Counted from the first letter of the stretch, positions 1 to 9,536 are shown. The stretch: DNA of 32,000 bases from Caedibacter taeniospiralis (GCF_002803295.2 NZ_PGGB02000003.1:94053-126052), one strand, 5' to 3'. Made by a program: numbers and translations. The notes: generated from the letters alone by a model not told the origin.

Positions 1-502
1 TCATCCCTGTTATCTTAGGGACTGCAAAAAAAAACAGGAGGAGCTCATCAACGGATACCTTACTCTCCTTACTAACTCACTTGCAAGCATTTTCTTTGTA
101 CACGAAGAAAAAACTGCAAACTATAGTAGGTCATGAAAAAGAACCTCAAGCAGCTGACAGGTAGTTTAAAGGAAATTTTAACTGGCACAAATCAAGATTG
201 GATTGTTTTGCTAACCTTTTGGTTAGCTTAATCTCCAGGCAAGCGGCAAACCTTGCCCATTTAGCACCACATTTTGCGAGAGATACCAAAATTGCTGTGA
301 TGCAAAATTCTGTGATGTGATTGTAGTGAAATAGTAGCTGGGTAAAACAAGACGCCTTTGCGAGGCTTGGGCGCAGTGAGGCGAAAGTTTCATGCTGCGT
401 TCTTCGAGGAGCCACTCTCAATAGTGGGATTGGCTTACTCTACGATAGCCAGCAATGGTCATTGCTTATCCGACGGTAGTATAATGCACTTGCTGCTACA
501 AA

Positions 503-1339
503 TTAGAGCACCATAAACATGCTAAGCAAGGTAATGTTGACGATAGACAATATAAACATTTTACGCGCCCACTGGCTAGCGTTATCTGTTTTAAAGCCTT
601 TGATACTTAGACCAAGCCAATAAATACCCAAGATAAGCGCAACTGCTAGATACAAAATATGCACGCGAGCCACCATGGCAAGCATTAAAGTTGCAGCCAC
701 GTAGAGCAATATAAATATCAGCATATTGACTTGAGTGTACAGCATACTGCGCTTTAAGGGTAAAACGGGAATATTAGCCGCCGCATAATCATCTTTGCGG
801 TAAATAGCAATGGCGAAAAAATGTGGCATTTGCCAACAAAACAGAATGATAAACAGGGTAAGCGCTGCCAGGTCAAATTGATTGCTCACTGCCGTATAAC
901 CAATTACTGGAGGAACCGCCCCTGAAATAGCCCCGATAACTGTACCAAAAATTGAGCTGCGCTTAAACCATATGGTATACGCCACCACATAGGCAAATAA
1001 ACCAATGGCGGCAATGCTTAGTGTAAGTAGATTAGTGCCAAGGTATAAAGTAGCAAAACCAATTATACCGAGAATAAAGGCATAACTTAGCGCAAATTTC
1101 AATGAAACAAGACCACATGCGGAGGGTCTTTTTTGCGTACGCGTCATCAGCTGGTCAATATCGCGATCGATGTAATTGTTAAGCACACAACCACAGGCTA
1201 TAACCAACGCCATGCCAACGAGTGCACTTAAGAATGTGATCCAGGAAAAATCACCTTGAAGCGCGACAAAAAAGCCACCACACAGAGTCACAATATTGCC
1301 AAAAATAATACCAGGCTTAATTAGTTTGATTAGTTTCAT
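503..1339 (-). CDS. cyoE: Protoheme IX farnesyltransferase (heme O synthase)
   Basis: 278-aa polytopic membrane protein of the UbiA prenyltransferase type (NYIDRDID motif). It is the last gene of the cyoABCDE order, directly downstream of cyoD. Confidence 0.9.
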   Translation of the reverse strand: MKLIKLIKPGIIFGNIVTLCGGFFVALQGDFSWITFLSALVGMALVIACGCVLNNYIDRDIDQLMTRTQKRPSACGLVSLKFALSYAFILGIIGFATLYLGTNLLTLSIAAIGLFAYVVAYTIWFKRSSIFGTVIGAISGAVPPVIGYTAVSNQFDLAALTLFIILFCWQMPHFFAIAIYRKDDYAAANIPVLPLKRSMLYTQVNMLIFILLYVAATLMLAMVARVHILYLAVALILGIYWLGLSIKGFKTDNASQWARKMFILSIVNITLLSMFMVL

Positions 1340-1344
1340 TAACG

Positions 1345-1683
1345 CTACATGATCATCATCATGCTATAAAGATTGAACATAATCCATAAAGTGCCAATGA
1401 CAAGAATTAAGACAACAATGACGGCAAATACAAAGCTGATCATATTCCAGCGTGCTTTTGAATCTGTGCTTAAGTGCAAGAAAAACACCAGCTGCACATA
1501 AAGCTGAATAAGTGCCAAGACCACAACAGAAACATATAAGCCAATGGGCGGGAACGCCTTACAACCCACCAATGTAAATGCAATGACTGTAATAATGACT
1601 GACAGCACAAACCCCGTTATATATGTCCTGTACGTACCATAAGCTGCACCTGTTTCGTGATCGTATAAATGTTCTTTAGCCAT
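1345..1683 (-). CDS. cyoD: Cytochrome o ubiquinol oxidase subunit IV
   Basis: 112-aa protein with 3 TM segments. Size and position between cyoC and cyoE match E. coli CyoD (109 aa). Confidence 0.85.
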   Translation of the reverse strand: MAKEHLYDHETGAAYGTYRTYITGFVLSVIITVIAFTLVGCKAFPPIGLYVSVVVLALIQLYVQLVFFLHLSTDSKARWNMISFVFAVIVVLILVIGTLWIMFNLYSMMMIM

Positions 1684-1684
1684 A

Positions 1685-2290
1685 TTAGATTGCTCCCATT
1701 AAGTAAACAACAGAGAATACGAAAATCCACACAATATCCAGGAAATGCCAGAACAAACCAAGATAGGTGAGTTTTGTTTTACTCATTGGCGTAATGCCAT
1801 ACTTATGGATTTGAAAAATCATGCTTAGAATCCAGATCAAACCAATGCTGACGTGTAGTCCATGTGTTCCAACAAGCGTAAAGAAAGAAGACAAAAATGC
1901 GCTTTGTGCCCATGAATGCCCTTCCATATACAGGTGATGAAACTCATAAAGCTCCATGATAATAAAGCCTAAGCCTAAAATAAAAGTTACCCATAACCAG
2001 TTCGTGACCGTCTTTACGTTTCCTGAATTACGCGACAGCATGGCTAAACCGAAGGTAAAGCTACTGATCAAGAGTAACATTGTTTCAATAAATACAAATG
2101 GCAGACTAAACAGTTCTTTGGCACTTGGTCCACCAAAGGTGTGTGTATTAAAGACTGCGTAAACTGCAAACAGCGTTGCAAACAACACGCAGTCACTCAT
2201 AATATATATCCAAAAGCCAAACACGCTCTTGGAGCCATCATAATGGTGATGGTGTTCACCGTGATGGTTTTTTACTGCTGTAGCACTCAT
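1685..2290 (-). CDS. cyoC: Cytochrome o ubiquinol oxidase subunit III
   Basis: 201 aa of the heme-copper oxidase subunit III family ([13 protein letters not shown] motif). There is a 4-nt overlap with the cyoB stop. Confidence 0.9.
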   Translation of the reverse strand: MSATAVKNHHGEHHHHYDGSKSVFGFWIYIMSDCVLFATLFAVYAVFNTHTFGGPSAKELFSLPFVFIETMLLLISSFTFGLAMLSRNSGNVKTVTNWLWVTFILGLGFIIMELYEFHHLYMEGHSWAQSAFLSSFFTLVGTHGLHVSIGLIWILSMIFQIHKYGITPMSKTKLTYLGLFWHFLDIVWIFVFSVVYLMGAI

Positions 2291-4317
2291 GCGCCCACCT
2301 TCTTCATGTTTTCAATTTCACTTTCTGTTTCTTCTACTTCTTTTGCTTTGACGAAGTAGTCGATATCGTAGTTAAACCCGCGCGTAATCACAGAAGCAAT
2401 GATGCCAACCAAACCAACCACGGCAAGCCACCAGATATGCCATATCATGGCAAAGCCAAACGCTAAAGCAAATGCGCCAATTACAAAAGCAACCCCTGTA
2501 TTTCTCGGCATATGAATATCTTCATAAGGGCGTTTTTCAGAGGCGGGTCTGTTTTCAATATTTAAGCCCTTTTTCTTATGCTCCCAGAAGCCATCCAGTG
2601 AATCGACCACAGGATCACGTGCAAAATTATAAAAAGGCGCTGGCGATGCCGTTGCCCATTCAAGGGTGCGCCCATTCCAAGGATCACCCGTTAAATCACG
2701 GTTTTTGTGACGGTCTTTGATACTGACAATAATCTGAATGACTTGTAAAAGCACGCCAATGGCAATCAACATTGAACCGACCCACGCTACGACCAACCAA
2801 GGTTGGAAACCGGTTGAGGCGTCATAATTATACAAGCGACGCGTCATGCCAATAGCGCCAAGATAATAAAGCGGCATAAAGGCTACAAAGAAACCAATAA
2901 TCCAGAACCAGAATGACCACTTGCCCAGACGTTCGTTAAGCTTAAAGCCAAACATTTTCGGAAACCAGTAGATAAGACCCGCAAAGTAACCAAAGACGAC
3001 ACCGCCAATAATAACGTTATGAAAATGCGCAATCAAGAACACGCTGTTGTGCATCTGAAAATCGACACCTGGCACTGACAGCAATACCCCCGTCATCCCA
3101 CCAATCGTAAAGGTCACCAAAAAGCCCATCAGCCAATACATTGGCGAGGTAAAGGTAATTCGCCCACGAAACATGGTGAACAACCAGTTGAAAATCTTAA
3201 CCCCCGTTGGAATCGCAATAATCATCGTCATAATACCAAAGAAGGCGTTTACATTGGCACCTGCCCCCATCGTAAAGAAGTGGTGCAGCCATACTGAGAA
3301 GGAAAGAACGGTGATGACAATGCTCGCCCCCACCATCGTTGCATAACCAAATAATTTTTTCTTGGCAAATACTGAAGTGATTTCTGAGAAGATCCCAAAC
3401 GCAGGTAAAATCAAAATATAAACTTCAGGGTGCCCCCAGATCCAGATCAGATTGACATACATCATCTGATCTCCGCCGCCACTAACGGTGAAGAAATTCG
3501 TACCAAGATAACGATCCAAGGTTAATAGCGCCAAGGTTACTGTTAACACGGGGAAGGCAGCGATCACTAGAATAATTGAACACAATGAAGTCCAGGTAAA
3601 TACGGGCATTTTCATCAAGGTCATGCCTTTACAGCGCATTTTGATGATGGTGACAAAAAAGTTTACTCCCGTCATCAGCGACCCGATACCCGATATCTGA
3701 AGCGCCCATATCCAATAATCCACCCCGACACTGGGACTATAAGCCGTCTCCGAATAAGGAGGATATGCCAACCAGCCCGTGTGCGCAAAGTCACCTATGA
3801 GCAAAGACATATTAACCAACACCACACCGACAACGAAAAGCCAGAAACTTAGCGAATTCAGATAGGGGAATGCCACATCACGCGCGCCAATTTGCAGTGG
3901 AATCGCGATATTCATCAAGCCAAACATCAAAGGCATTGCCACAAAGAAAATCATGATAACACCATGAGCAGTGAATATCTGATCAAAATGCTCAGGAATC
4001 AGATAACCCGTACTATCCCCTGATGCCAGTGCCTGTTGCGTACGCATCATTGCGGCATCGACGAATCCACGAAATAACATCACCAAGGCGACAAGGATGT
4101 ACATGATGCCAATTTTTTTATGATCTACCGTGGTAAACCACTCGCGCCACAAGTATCCCCATTTTTTATAATACGTGACGCCACCAACTAATGCTAAGCC
4201 GCCAACCACGATGAAGATAAACATTCCAAGAATGATCAGCTGCTGGCTTACGGGTTCCCATAAGTACGGAAAAACCTCATGTGGATCACTCAGTCTTCCA
4301 ATTAATGCTTCTAACAT
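2287..4317 (-). CDS. cyoB: Cytochrome o ubiquinol oxidase subunit I
   Basis: 676 aa with strong similarity to E. coli CyoB ([28 protein letters not shown] and HFHNVIIGG heme/CuB ligand regions). Confidence 0.95.
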   Translation of the reverse strand: MLEALIGRLSDPHEVFPYLWEPVSQQLIILGMFIFIVVGGLALVGGVTYYKKWGYLWREWFTTVDHKKIGIMYILVALVMLFRGFVDAAMMRTQQALASGDSTGYLIPEHFDQIFTAHGVIMIFFVAMPLMFGLMNIAIPLQIGARDVAFPYLNSLSFWLFVVGVVLVNMSLLIGDFAHTGWLAYPPYSETAYSPSVGVDYWIWALQISGIGSLMTGVNFFVTIIKMRCKGMTLMKMPVFTWTSLCSIILVIAAFPVLTVTLALLTLDRYLGTNFFTVSGGGDQMMYVNLIWIWGHPEVYILILPAFGIFSEITSVFAKKKLFGYATMVGASIVITVLSFSVWLHHFFTMGAGANVNAFFGIMTMIIAIPTGVKIFNWLFTMFRGRITFTSPMYWLMGFLVTFTIGGMTGVLLSVPGVDFQMHNSVFLIAHFHNVIIGGVVFGYFAGLIYWFPKMFGFKLNERLGKWSFWFWIIGFFVAFMPLYYLGAIGMTRRLYNYDASTGFQPWLVVAWVGSMLIAIGVLLQVIQIIVSIKDRHKNRDLTGDPWNGRTLEWATASPAPFYNFARDPVVDSLDGFWEHKKKGLNIENRPASEKRPYEDIHMPRNTGVAFVIGAFALAFGFAMIWHIWWLAVVGLVGIIASVITRGFNYDIDYFVKAKEVEETESEIENMKKVGA

Positions 4318-4334
4318 ATTTTTTCCCTATTCAT

Positions 4335-5333
4335 TCACATTTTAAGACTTGTTTCTGACATATGGTGCATATGTCCCATCATGCCTGGTTTATAGTTTGG
4401 CATCATGTAGTACATAACAATGTCGTTAAATAGATTTTTATCCACTTGACCATAATAAGTTACAGGATTGTTCACTGAGCGTATGACTAAATGATCCCAG
4501 AAATAATCCCATGTCAGATTCTTTTTATCTGATTTGACTTCTGTCACCCACTGATCAAAGTCTGCCTTAGCGGTTGCATCCGCATAAAATTGCATATGCG
4601 CAAACCCTTGCCCTGTATAATTTGCAGAGAAACCACGATATGTGCCCGGACGCTCAGCCAACAAGTGCAACTTAGTAATCATGCCAGTCATTGCATAAAT
4701 CTGCCCTCCTAGCTGCGGAATGAAAAATGAATTCATTGGCGCCGCGGAAGTAATCCTAAAATTAACGGGCTGCCCCACAGGAATAACGATTTTATTCACG
4801 GTTGCAATATCGTATTGCGGATAGATAAACATCCATTTCCAATCTAAGGCAACCACCTCAATTTCAACAGGTTGCTGATCTGACTTTAATGGCTTGTATG
4901 GATTTAATGAGTGTGTTGTTACCCACGTGACAATAGCCAGTATCAAAATAATAACACAGGGGATTGCCCACCATACGATCTCAAGCGCCGTGCTGTGAGA
5001 CCACTCTGGACGATATTTTGACTTGGTCGCGCCATCTCTATAGCGCCACGCAAACCAGAACGTCAAAAAAATAACGGGAATAACGACAATTAGCATCAAC
5101 AAAATAGCAAATACCAATAGCCTTAATTCGTGATGTGCAACAGGTCCTTGTGGATCGAGCACGCCTGAGCTGCAACCACCCAGTAACATTACTGGGATCA
5201 AAACCATTAATGCACCTGACGGCTTAGCTAAAGGCTGTTTGCGTTTTGGTTTTCTGTACCCAGAACCAAACAAGACCGACAAATTCGCCAGCCTTTTTAG
5301 TGCAGATACGAAAAAGTGCAAATACTTCATCAT
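4335..5333 (-). CDS. cyoA: Cytochrome o ubiquinol oxidase subunit II (lipoprotein)
   Basis: Lipobox LLGGC followed by SSGVLDPQGP, compared with E. coli SGCNSALLDPKG. Two TM helices and a cupredoxin-like domain follow. The start is placed at ATGATG (5333/5330), preceded by AAGGAA 6 nt upstream. The ORF-track start at 5390 abuts a predicted -10 box. The exact start is uncertain. Confidence 0.88.
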   Translation of the reverse strand: MMKYLHFFVSALKRLANLSVLFGSGYRKPKRKQPLAKPSGALMVLIPVMLLGGCSSGVLDPQGPVAHHELRLLVFAILLMLIVVIPVIFLTFWFAWRYRDGATKSKYRPEWSHSTALEIVWWAIPCVIILILAIVTWVTTHSLNPYKPLKSDQQPVEIEVVALDWKWMFIYPQYDIATVNKIVIPVGQPVNFRITSAAPMNSFFIPQLGGQIYAMTGMITKLHLLAERPGTYRGFSANYTGQGFAHMQFYADATAKADFDQWVTEVKSDKKNLTWDYFWDHLVIRSVNNPVTYYGQVDKNLFNDIVMYYMMPNYKPGMMGHMHHMSETSLKM

Positions 5334-5390
5334 ATTGATTTCCTTAGTTCCTCTATATCTGGCTAAGTTATTGAAAATAACTTCGGGCAT

Positions 5391-5419
5391 AGTATAACTA
5401 TTTTTTTGCTAATTAAAAC
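5391..5419 (-). promoter_or_regulatory. Candidate sigma70 promoter of the cyo operon (-10 TATACT, weak -35 GTTTTA, 17-bp spacer)
   Basis: Read on the minus strand: GTTTTA-N17-TATACT, about 60 nt upstream of the cyoA start. The -35 is weak, so this is tentative. Confidence 0.25.
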
Positions 5420-5512
5420 CGTGACTGCTGACTTTGTACCGAAAAGCTTTTCTAATCTCAATGTCAGATGAACAGTGCTTGGCTGGAGTGAGAAATATCG
5501 GCTCTGAGTATC

Positions 5513-5612
5513 TTTCCGCCCACCGTTACCCTGCGCGAAGTCGTTAGGGTTATTTGAAAGCTGGATTCCCGCCTTCGCGGGAATGACCGTGTCTCTTTTG
5601 TTTGGGCGGAAA
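5513..5612. repeat. Structured intergenic element with 10-bp terminal inverted repeat and nested hairpins
   Basis: TTTCCGCCCA (5513-5522) pairs with TGGGCGGAAA (5603-5612). Nested inside are TAACCCT...AGGGTTA and the perfect hairpin ATTCCCGC-CTTC-GCGGGAAT (5565-5584). It lies between the arn cluster end and the cyo promoter. Confidence 0.7.
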
Positions 5613-5705
5613 TTTTGTCTAAGCCGAATATTGAGTGCCAATGGAAGACCAGGCATTCAAGAAAGGCACCAGTAGCCAACAACCCCCTATTTCTTTCGAA
5701 CTTCA

Positions 5706-6725
5706 TCATTGAAGCAAATGGTAATCAAAGGTTCTTCTTAAGGCATCTTGCATGGAAACCTTTGGCTCCCAATTTAAATAACGTTTGGCATTTTCAATCG
5801 ATGGCACACGGCGATCAACATCCTGATAACCTGCTCCATAATAATCCCCGGCCGTCGTTGCGATGATCCTGGTGTTTTCAGCGCGTGCTCTATATTCAGG
5901 ATAACGCTTCATTGCTTGAAGGGTGAGCTCTGCCAGCTCTTTAATCGAGTATTCATTATCTGGGTTGCCAATATTAAAAATCCGCTGATACGCTTCCTTA
6001 TCACGTTTTTTAACAATCTTAATTAAGGCATCAATCCCATCATCAATGTAAGTAAAGCAGCGCTGTTGCGTACCACCATCAACCAATTGTAAATCTTTGC
6101 CATCGATTATATTGGAGACAAATTGCGCCAGCACTCTCGCACTGCCTTTTTTAGATGACTTGATTTCGTCCTGCTTTGGACCAATCCAGTTAAACGGTCT
6201 AAAAAGCGTATAACTCAAGCCTTCTTGCATACCATAAGCATGAATCACCCGATCTAAAAGCTGCTTAGAGCATGAATAAATCCAGCGTGGCTTGTTAATG
6301 GGACCTGTCACTAAAGCGCTTGTTTCCTCATCAAAAGGAATATCTTTACTCATACCATACACTTCTGAGGTTGAAGGGAACACCAGATGTTTTTTGTGTT
6401 TTACACAAAGTTTGACGATGTCGATGTTTGACTCGTAATCCAGTTTATAGACAAAAAGCGGATCAGAGACATAAAGTGCTGGATTAGCAACTGCCACTAA
6501 AGGGAAAACAACATCACATTTTTGGATATGCTCCTCAATCCAAGCGGTACTCTCAAGTACATTACCTTTGACAAAATGCAAACGTGGGTGACCTAAAAAC
6601 TCAGTAATCTTGTGATCTGACAAATCCATGCCATAGATTTCCCAGTTGGTTTCGCTCAAAATCTTTTCAACCATACTGCTGCCAATAAAGCCATTGACAC
6701 CTAAAACTAATAATTTTACCGACAT
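5706..6725 (-). CDS. Stand-alone UDP-glucuronate oxidative decarboxylase (ArnA C-terminal domain type; SDR epimerase/dehydratase fold)
   Basis: LVLGVNGFIGSSMVEKIL Rossmann motif. CDVVFPLVAVANP...FPSTSEVYGM aligns closely with the E. coli ArnA dehydrogenase domain (residues about 315-660). No N-terminal formyltransferase domain is present. The start is moved to the ATG at 6725, preceded by TAAGGTAAG. Confidence 0.85.
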   Translation of the reverse strand: MSVKLLVLGVNGFIGSSMVEKILSETNWEIYGMDLSDHKITEFLGHPRLHFVKGNVLESTAWIEEHIQKCDVVFPLVAVANPALYVSDPLFVYKLDYESNIDIVKLCVKHKKHLVFPSTSEVYGMSKDIPFDEETSALVTGPINKPRWIYSCSKQLLDRVIHAYGMQEGLSYTLFRPFNWIGPKQDEIKSSKKGSARVLAQFVSNIIDGKDLQLVDGGTQQRCFTYIDDGIDALIKIVKKRDKEAYQRIFNIGNPDNEYSIKELAELTLQAMKRYPEYRARAENTRIIATTAGDYYGAGYQDVDRRVPSIENAKRYLNWEPKVSMQDALRRTFDYHLLQ

Positions 6726-6757
6726 TTTTCTTACCTTAGTTATTGTGGGATTACGCA

Positions 6758-6983
6758 CTAATGCACTACCTTAAGCAGTCTTATGAAAAACTACCCCGTC
6801 AGCCTGCGGCTGCCACCCCTTCGCTAACGAAGGGGAATTACACATACGCCACAATTCCCCTTCACTCGTGAAGGGGTGCCGAGCTTGCCTGCCCACTCTC
6901 GAGTGGTCAGGCTTGCGAGGCGGGGTAGTGAGTGCTTAAGGTAGTGCCATTAGGATTAGGTACTTTTGCGCAACTTCAGTTAG
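6758..6983. repeat. Composite palindromic repeat element (GGGGAATT / CCCCTTC..GAAGGGG hairpin family), copy 1
   Basis: Nested inverted repeats: CTAATGCACTACCTTAAGCA (6758-6777) with TGCTTAAGGTAGTGCCATTAG (6933-6953), and CTACCCCG (6791-6798) with CGGGGTAG (6921-6928). Internal hairpins lie at 6816-6835, 6857-6876 and 6892-6905. It belongs to the same family as 20570-20805. Confidence 0.85.
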
Positions 6984-7967
6984 TTACTTATTTTCTTTTA
7001 TATCTGCTGTATTACCCTCAGACTTTGACGATAAGCCCGTCGCTAAATAGTCCCTGATAATAAAGCGTGGACGTTTGCGTACCTCTTCATAAATTCGCCC
7101 GATATACTCCCCAACGATGCCAAGCCCCATCAGGAGCATACCGATAAGGAAATACATAATGGCAAACAAGGTAAAAACGCCATCGGCATCAGGTCCCCAA
7201 AAAATGCGTTTTACGATCAAAAAGACAAATAGCAAAATACTTAAAAATGACACAATAAGCCCAGACATCGTAAAGAATTCCAGTGGGGCTTTTGAAAAAT
7301 TAGCGAAGAAGTCAAAATTGTACCGAATAAGCTTATACAGGTTATAGCTTGATTTGCCCTGTTCGCGTGCCGCGTGCCTGACCCCGACATCCGTGGGATT
7401 TGATGAAAAACTATGCGCTAACGCAGGCAAAAAGGTGGAGTTTTCGCCCGTTGCCACCACGCGATCAATCACCTCACGCGTATACGCCCTTAACATGCAG
7501 CCTTCATCGACCATATCAATTCCCGTGAGTTTCAATCGCAAGGAGTTATGAAGTTTGGATACTAACAAACGCCATTTTTTATCCTGGCGATCCATACGAT
7601 AACCACCAACGACATCGTGCCCTTGTTCAATTTTTTCCAATAATAAGGGAATATCTTCAGGATAGTTCTGTAAATCAGCATCCATGGTGACAACAACATC
7701 ACCATCGACGTGTTCAAAACCCGCCATAATCGCCATATGCTGCCCAAAGTTACGGTTAAAGTTAATGACTTTGACCTCGGTTGGACGCTCTTCATAAATC
7801 TTACGCAGAAGATCAATGGACTTGTCTTTGCTGCCATCATTGGTAAAAACTACCTCATAGGGTTTGTTAATCGCGTCTAAAGCAGGGAAAAGACGAGAGA
7901 ATAGCGTTGGTAGCACTTCTTCTTCGTTGTAAACTGGAATTACTACACTTAAATAGGGTTTGGTCAT
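6984..7967 (-). CDS. arnC: Undecaprenyl-phosphate 4-deoxy-4-(formamido/amino)-L-arabinose transferase-like GT2 glycosyltransferase
   Basis: Aligns along its length with E. coli ArnC (SVVIPVYNEE, DADLQN, GCMLRAY, GEYIGRIY...RPRF, two C-terminal TM helices). Confidence 0.85.
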   Translation of the reverse strand: MTKPYLSVVIPVYNEEEVLPTLFSRLFPALDAINKPYEVVFTNDGSKDKSIDLLRKIYEERPTEVKVINFNRNFGQHMAIMAGFEHVDGDVVVTMDADLQNYPEDIPLLLEKIEQGHDVVGGYRMDRQDKKWRLLVSKLHNSLRLKLTGIDMVDEGCMLRAYTREVIDRVVATGENSTFLPALAHSFSSNPTDVGVRHAAREQGKSSYNLYKLIRYNFDFFANFSKAPLEFFTMSGLIVSFLSILLFVFLIVKRIFWGPDADGVFTLFAIMYFLIGMLLMGLGIVGEYIGRIYEEVRKRPRFIIRDYLATGLSSKSEGNTADIKENK

Positions 7968-7976
7968 TTTTGATCC

Positions 7977-9131
7977 TTAAACTTTTAATATTTTATGTAA
8001 CGCCTCTAACACATCGTCTTGATCTTTAATCGTCATGTCAGGGAAAAGCGGTAAACTAATGACGTTCGCGCCAATTTCTTCAGCATTGGGGAAGTCACCT
8101 TTTTTAAAACCATATTTATTAACGTAATAAGGGTACAAATGCGCCGCTTCATAGTGCACTCCGCAGCCGATATTCATCTCTTTGAGTCGACTCATGAGCT
8201 CATCACGCGTTATTTGTGCAACTTGAGCATTCAATGTTGGCGCAAACAAATGCCAGGCGTGCTTGTGCTCAAAACCTGGCGCCTTTGGCAATATGAGCGC
8301 ATCAAAATCAGCAAACTTTTCATAGTACCGTTTAACAAGCCTGGTACGTTTTTCAATAAAGCCGTCTAATGCGGGCAGCTGATGCACGCCCAATGCTGCC
8401 TGCAAATCCATCATATTATATTTAAAGCCAGGGTAAATGATCTGATAATGTGCACTACCCTCTTTGCCAAAACGATTCCACGCCTCGCGATCCATGCCGT
8501 GAAAGCGCGTCAATGAGATATGCCTGGCAGTCGCCTCATCCCGTGTAACAACGCACCCTCCTTCACCCGTGGTCATATTTTTGTTCGGATGAAAACTAAA
8601 AACCTGAATATCACCGAATGTCCCAAGTTTTTTGCCTTTATATTCAGCACCGATGGAGTGCGCAGCATCTTCAACAACGGTTAAATGATATTTTCTAGCC
8701 AAAGCGTAAATAGGATCCAGATCAACCGAGAGTCCCGCAAAGTGGACAGGCATAATAACCCTGGTGTTTTTGGTAATCGCTGCCTCAATTTTATTAACAT
8801 CAATATTGTAAGTGCCGCGATCAACATCGACTAGTTTCAATTTCGCGCCAACAATCTCAATAACATTTAACGTTGCTGCAAAGGTCATCGGTGTCGTAAT
8901 CACCTCATCTTCAGGTTTCAGATCAAGTGCCAAAAGCGCTAAATGCAATCCTGCCGTAGCTGAGCTTAAACAAAGCGCATGAGGCGCTTGATGATATTCC
9001 TGCAGCATGCTTTCAAATTTCTTAAGCTTGGGACCTGTAGTCAGCCAGCCTGAACGTAAACTATCCACAACATCAGCAATCGCTTCTTCTGATATACTCG
9101 GTTTGGCAAAAGGTAAAAATGTGTCTCTCAT
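7977..9131 (-). CDS. arnB: UDP-4-amino-4-deoxy-L-arabinose--oxoglutarate aminotransferase (DegT/DnrJ/EryC1 family)
   Basis: FLPFAKPSI...SGWLTTGPK...SSATAGLHLAL...DEVITTPMT...VEDAAHSIG...FSFHPNKN (PLP lysine) closely parallels E. coli ArnB. Confidence 0.9.
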   Translation of the reverse strand: MRDTFLPFAKPSISEEAIADVVDSLRSGWLTTGPKLKKFESMLQEYHQAPHALCLSSATAGLHLALLALDLKPEDEVITTPMTFAATLNVIEIVGAKLKLVDVDRGTYNIDVNKIEAAITKNTRVIMPVHFAGLSVDLDPIYALARKYHLTVVEDAAHSIGAEYKGKKLGTFGDIQVFSFHPNKNMTTGEGGCVVTRDEATARHISLTRFHGMDREAWNRFGKEGSAHYQIIYPGFKYNMMDLQAALGVHQLPALDGFIEKRTRLVKRYYEKFADFDALILPKAPGFEHKHAWHLFAPTLNAQVAQITRDELMSRLKEMNIGCGVHYEAAHLYPYYVNKYGFKKGDFPNAEEIGANVISLPLFPDMTIKDQDDVLEALHKILKV

Positions 9132-9164
9132 TGATTTATCTCTATAAAGTTAATTGATTTTGGT

Positions 9165-9536
9165 TTATGGCTTGGCAACTAAGTAAACCCCTAAAATAAT
9201 CACAAAAATGCCTGCAATTCGCGTTGCTGTTAAGGTTTCCCCCAGCATAAAATAGCCTGCAACCGCCGTCACAATATAGCCAATAGATACCATGGGATAC
9301 GCCAAGCCAACAGGTACGCGCGACAATACCAGAAGCCACACAACAACACTGATGACGTAGCACATAAGCCCAAGAATCACAAAATAACTGGTCGCCACTT
9401 TCCAACCAATTGGCCAGATGTTGGCAAAGCTAAAACTAAACTCGCCGATTCGATCCATCCCAAACTTTAAAAACAGCTGTGCTGAGGCGTTTAATAACAC
9501 GCCAAATAGCAGCAGACACCAAACGACCAGGGTCAT
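9165..9536 (-). CDS. Small multidrug-resistance/EamA-like 4-TM protein, ArnE/ArnF-type undecaprenyl-phosphate-aminoarabinose flippase subunit candidate
   Basis: 123 aa with 4 predicted TM helices. It is the first gene of the arn-like cluster, and its size matches ArnE (111 aa) and ArnF (128 aa). Only one copy is present. Confidence 0.65.
   Translation of the reverse strand: MTLVVWCLLLFGVLLNASAQLFLKFGMDRIGEFSFSFANIWPIGWKVATSYFVILGLMCYVISVVVWLLVLSRVPVGLAYPMVSIGYIVTAVAGYFMLGETLTATRIAGIFVIILGVYLVAKP

Noticed and set aside
133-231. 32-aa plus-strand ORF (MKKNLKQLTGSLKEILTGTNQDWIVLLTFWLA) considered as a type I toxin-like small membrane peptide
   Set aside because: The hydrophobic tail is only about 10 residues, too short for a TM helix. 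The AGG is too close to the ATG for a normal Shine-Dalgarno spacing. I found no antisense RNA signature.
146-421. 91-aa minus-strand ORF downstream of cyoE
   Set aside because: It has no recognisable family, an Arg/Ala/Cys-rich odd composition, and no RBS. It spans hairpin-containing intergenic DNA (for example GCTAACC-TTTT-GGTTAGC at 211-228). It is probably non-coding.
1956-2720. Plus-strand ORFs antisense to cyoC/cyoB (1956-2162, 2141-2359, 2472-2720)
   Set aside because: They are entirely embedded antisense in strongly supported oxidase genes and have low-complexity translations. They are typical shadow ORFs.
5363-5709. Two overlapping minus-strand ORFs (97 and 81 aa) between cyoA and the decarboxylase gene
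   Set aside because: Their sequences are translations of the structured repeat (VIPAKAGIQ / SFPRRRESS come from the GCGGGAAT hairpin). They overlap each other and the cyo promoter region, so they are not genes.
7117-7840. Short ORFs in other frames or strands within arnC (7117-7347, 7354-7551, 7562-7840)
   Set aside because: They are embedded in a gene with full-length ArnC homology, so they are shadow ORFs.
9142-9405. 87-aa minus-strand ORF overlapping the SMR-like gene
   Set aside because: It is an alternative frame of the 4-TM SMR gene, Cys/Gly-rich and without homology. The 9165-9536 frame gives a coherent membrane protein.
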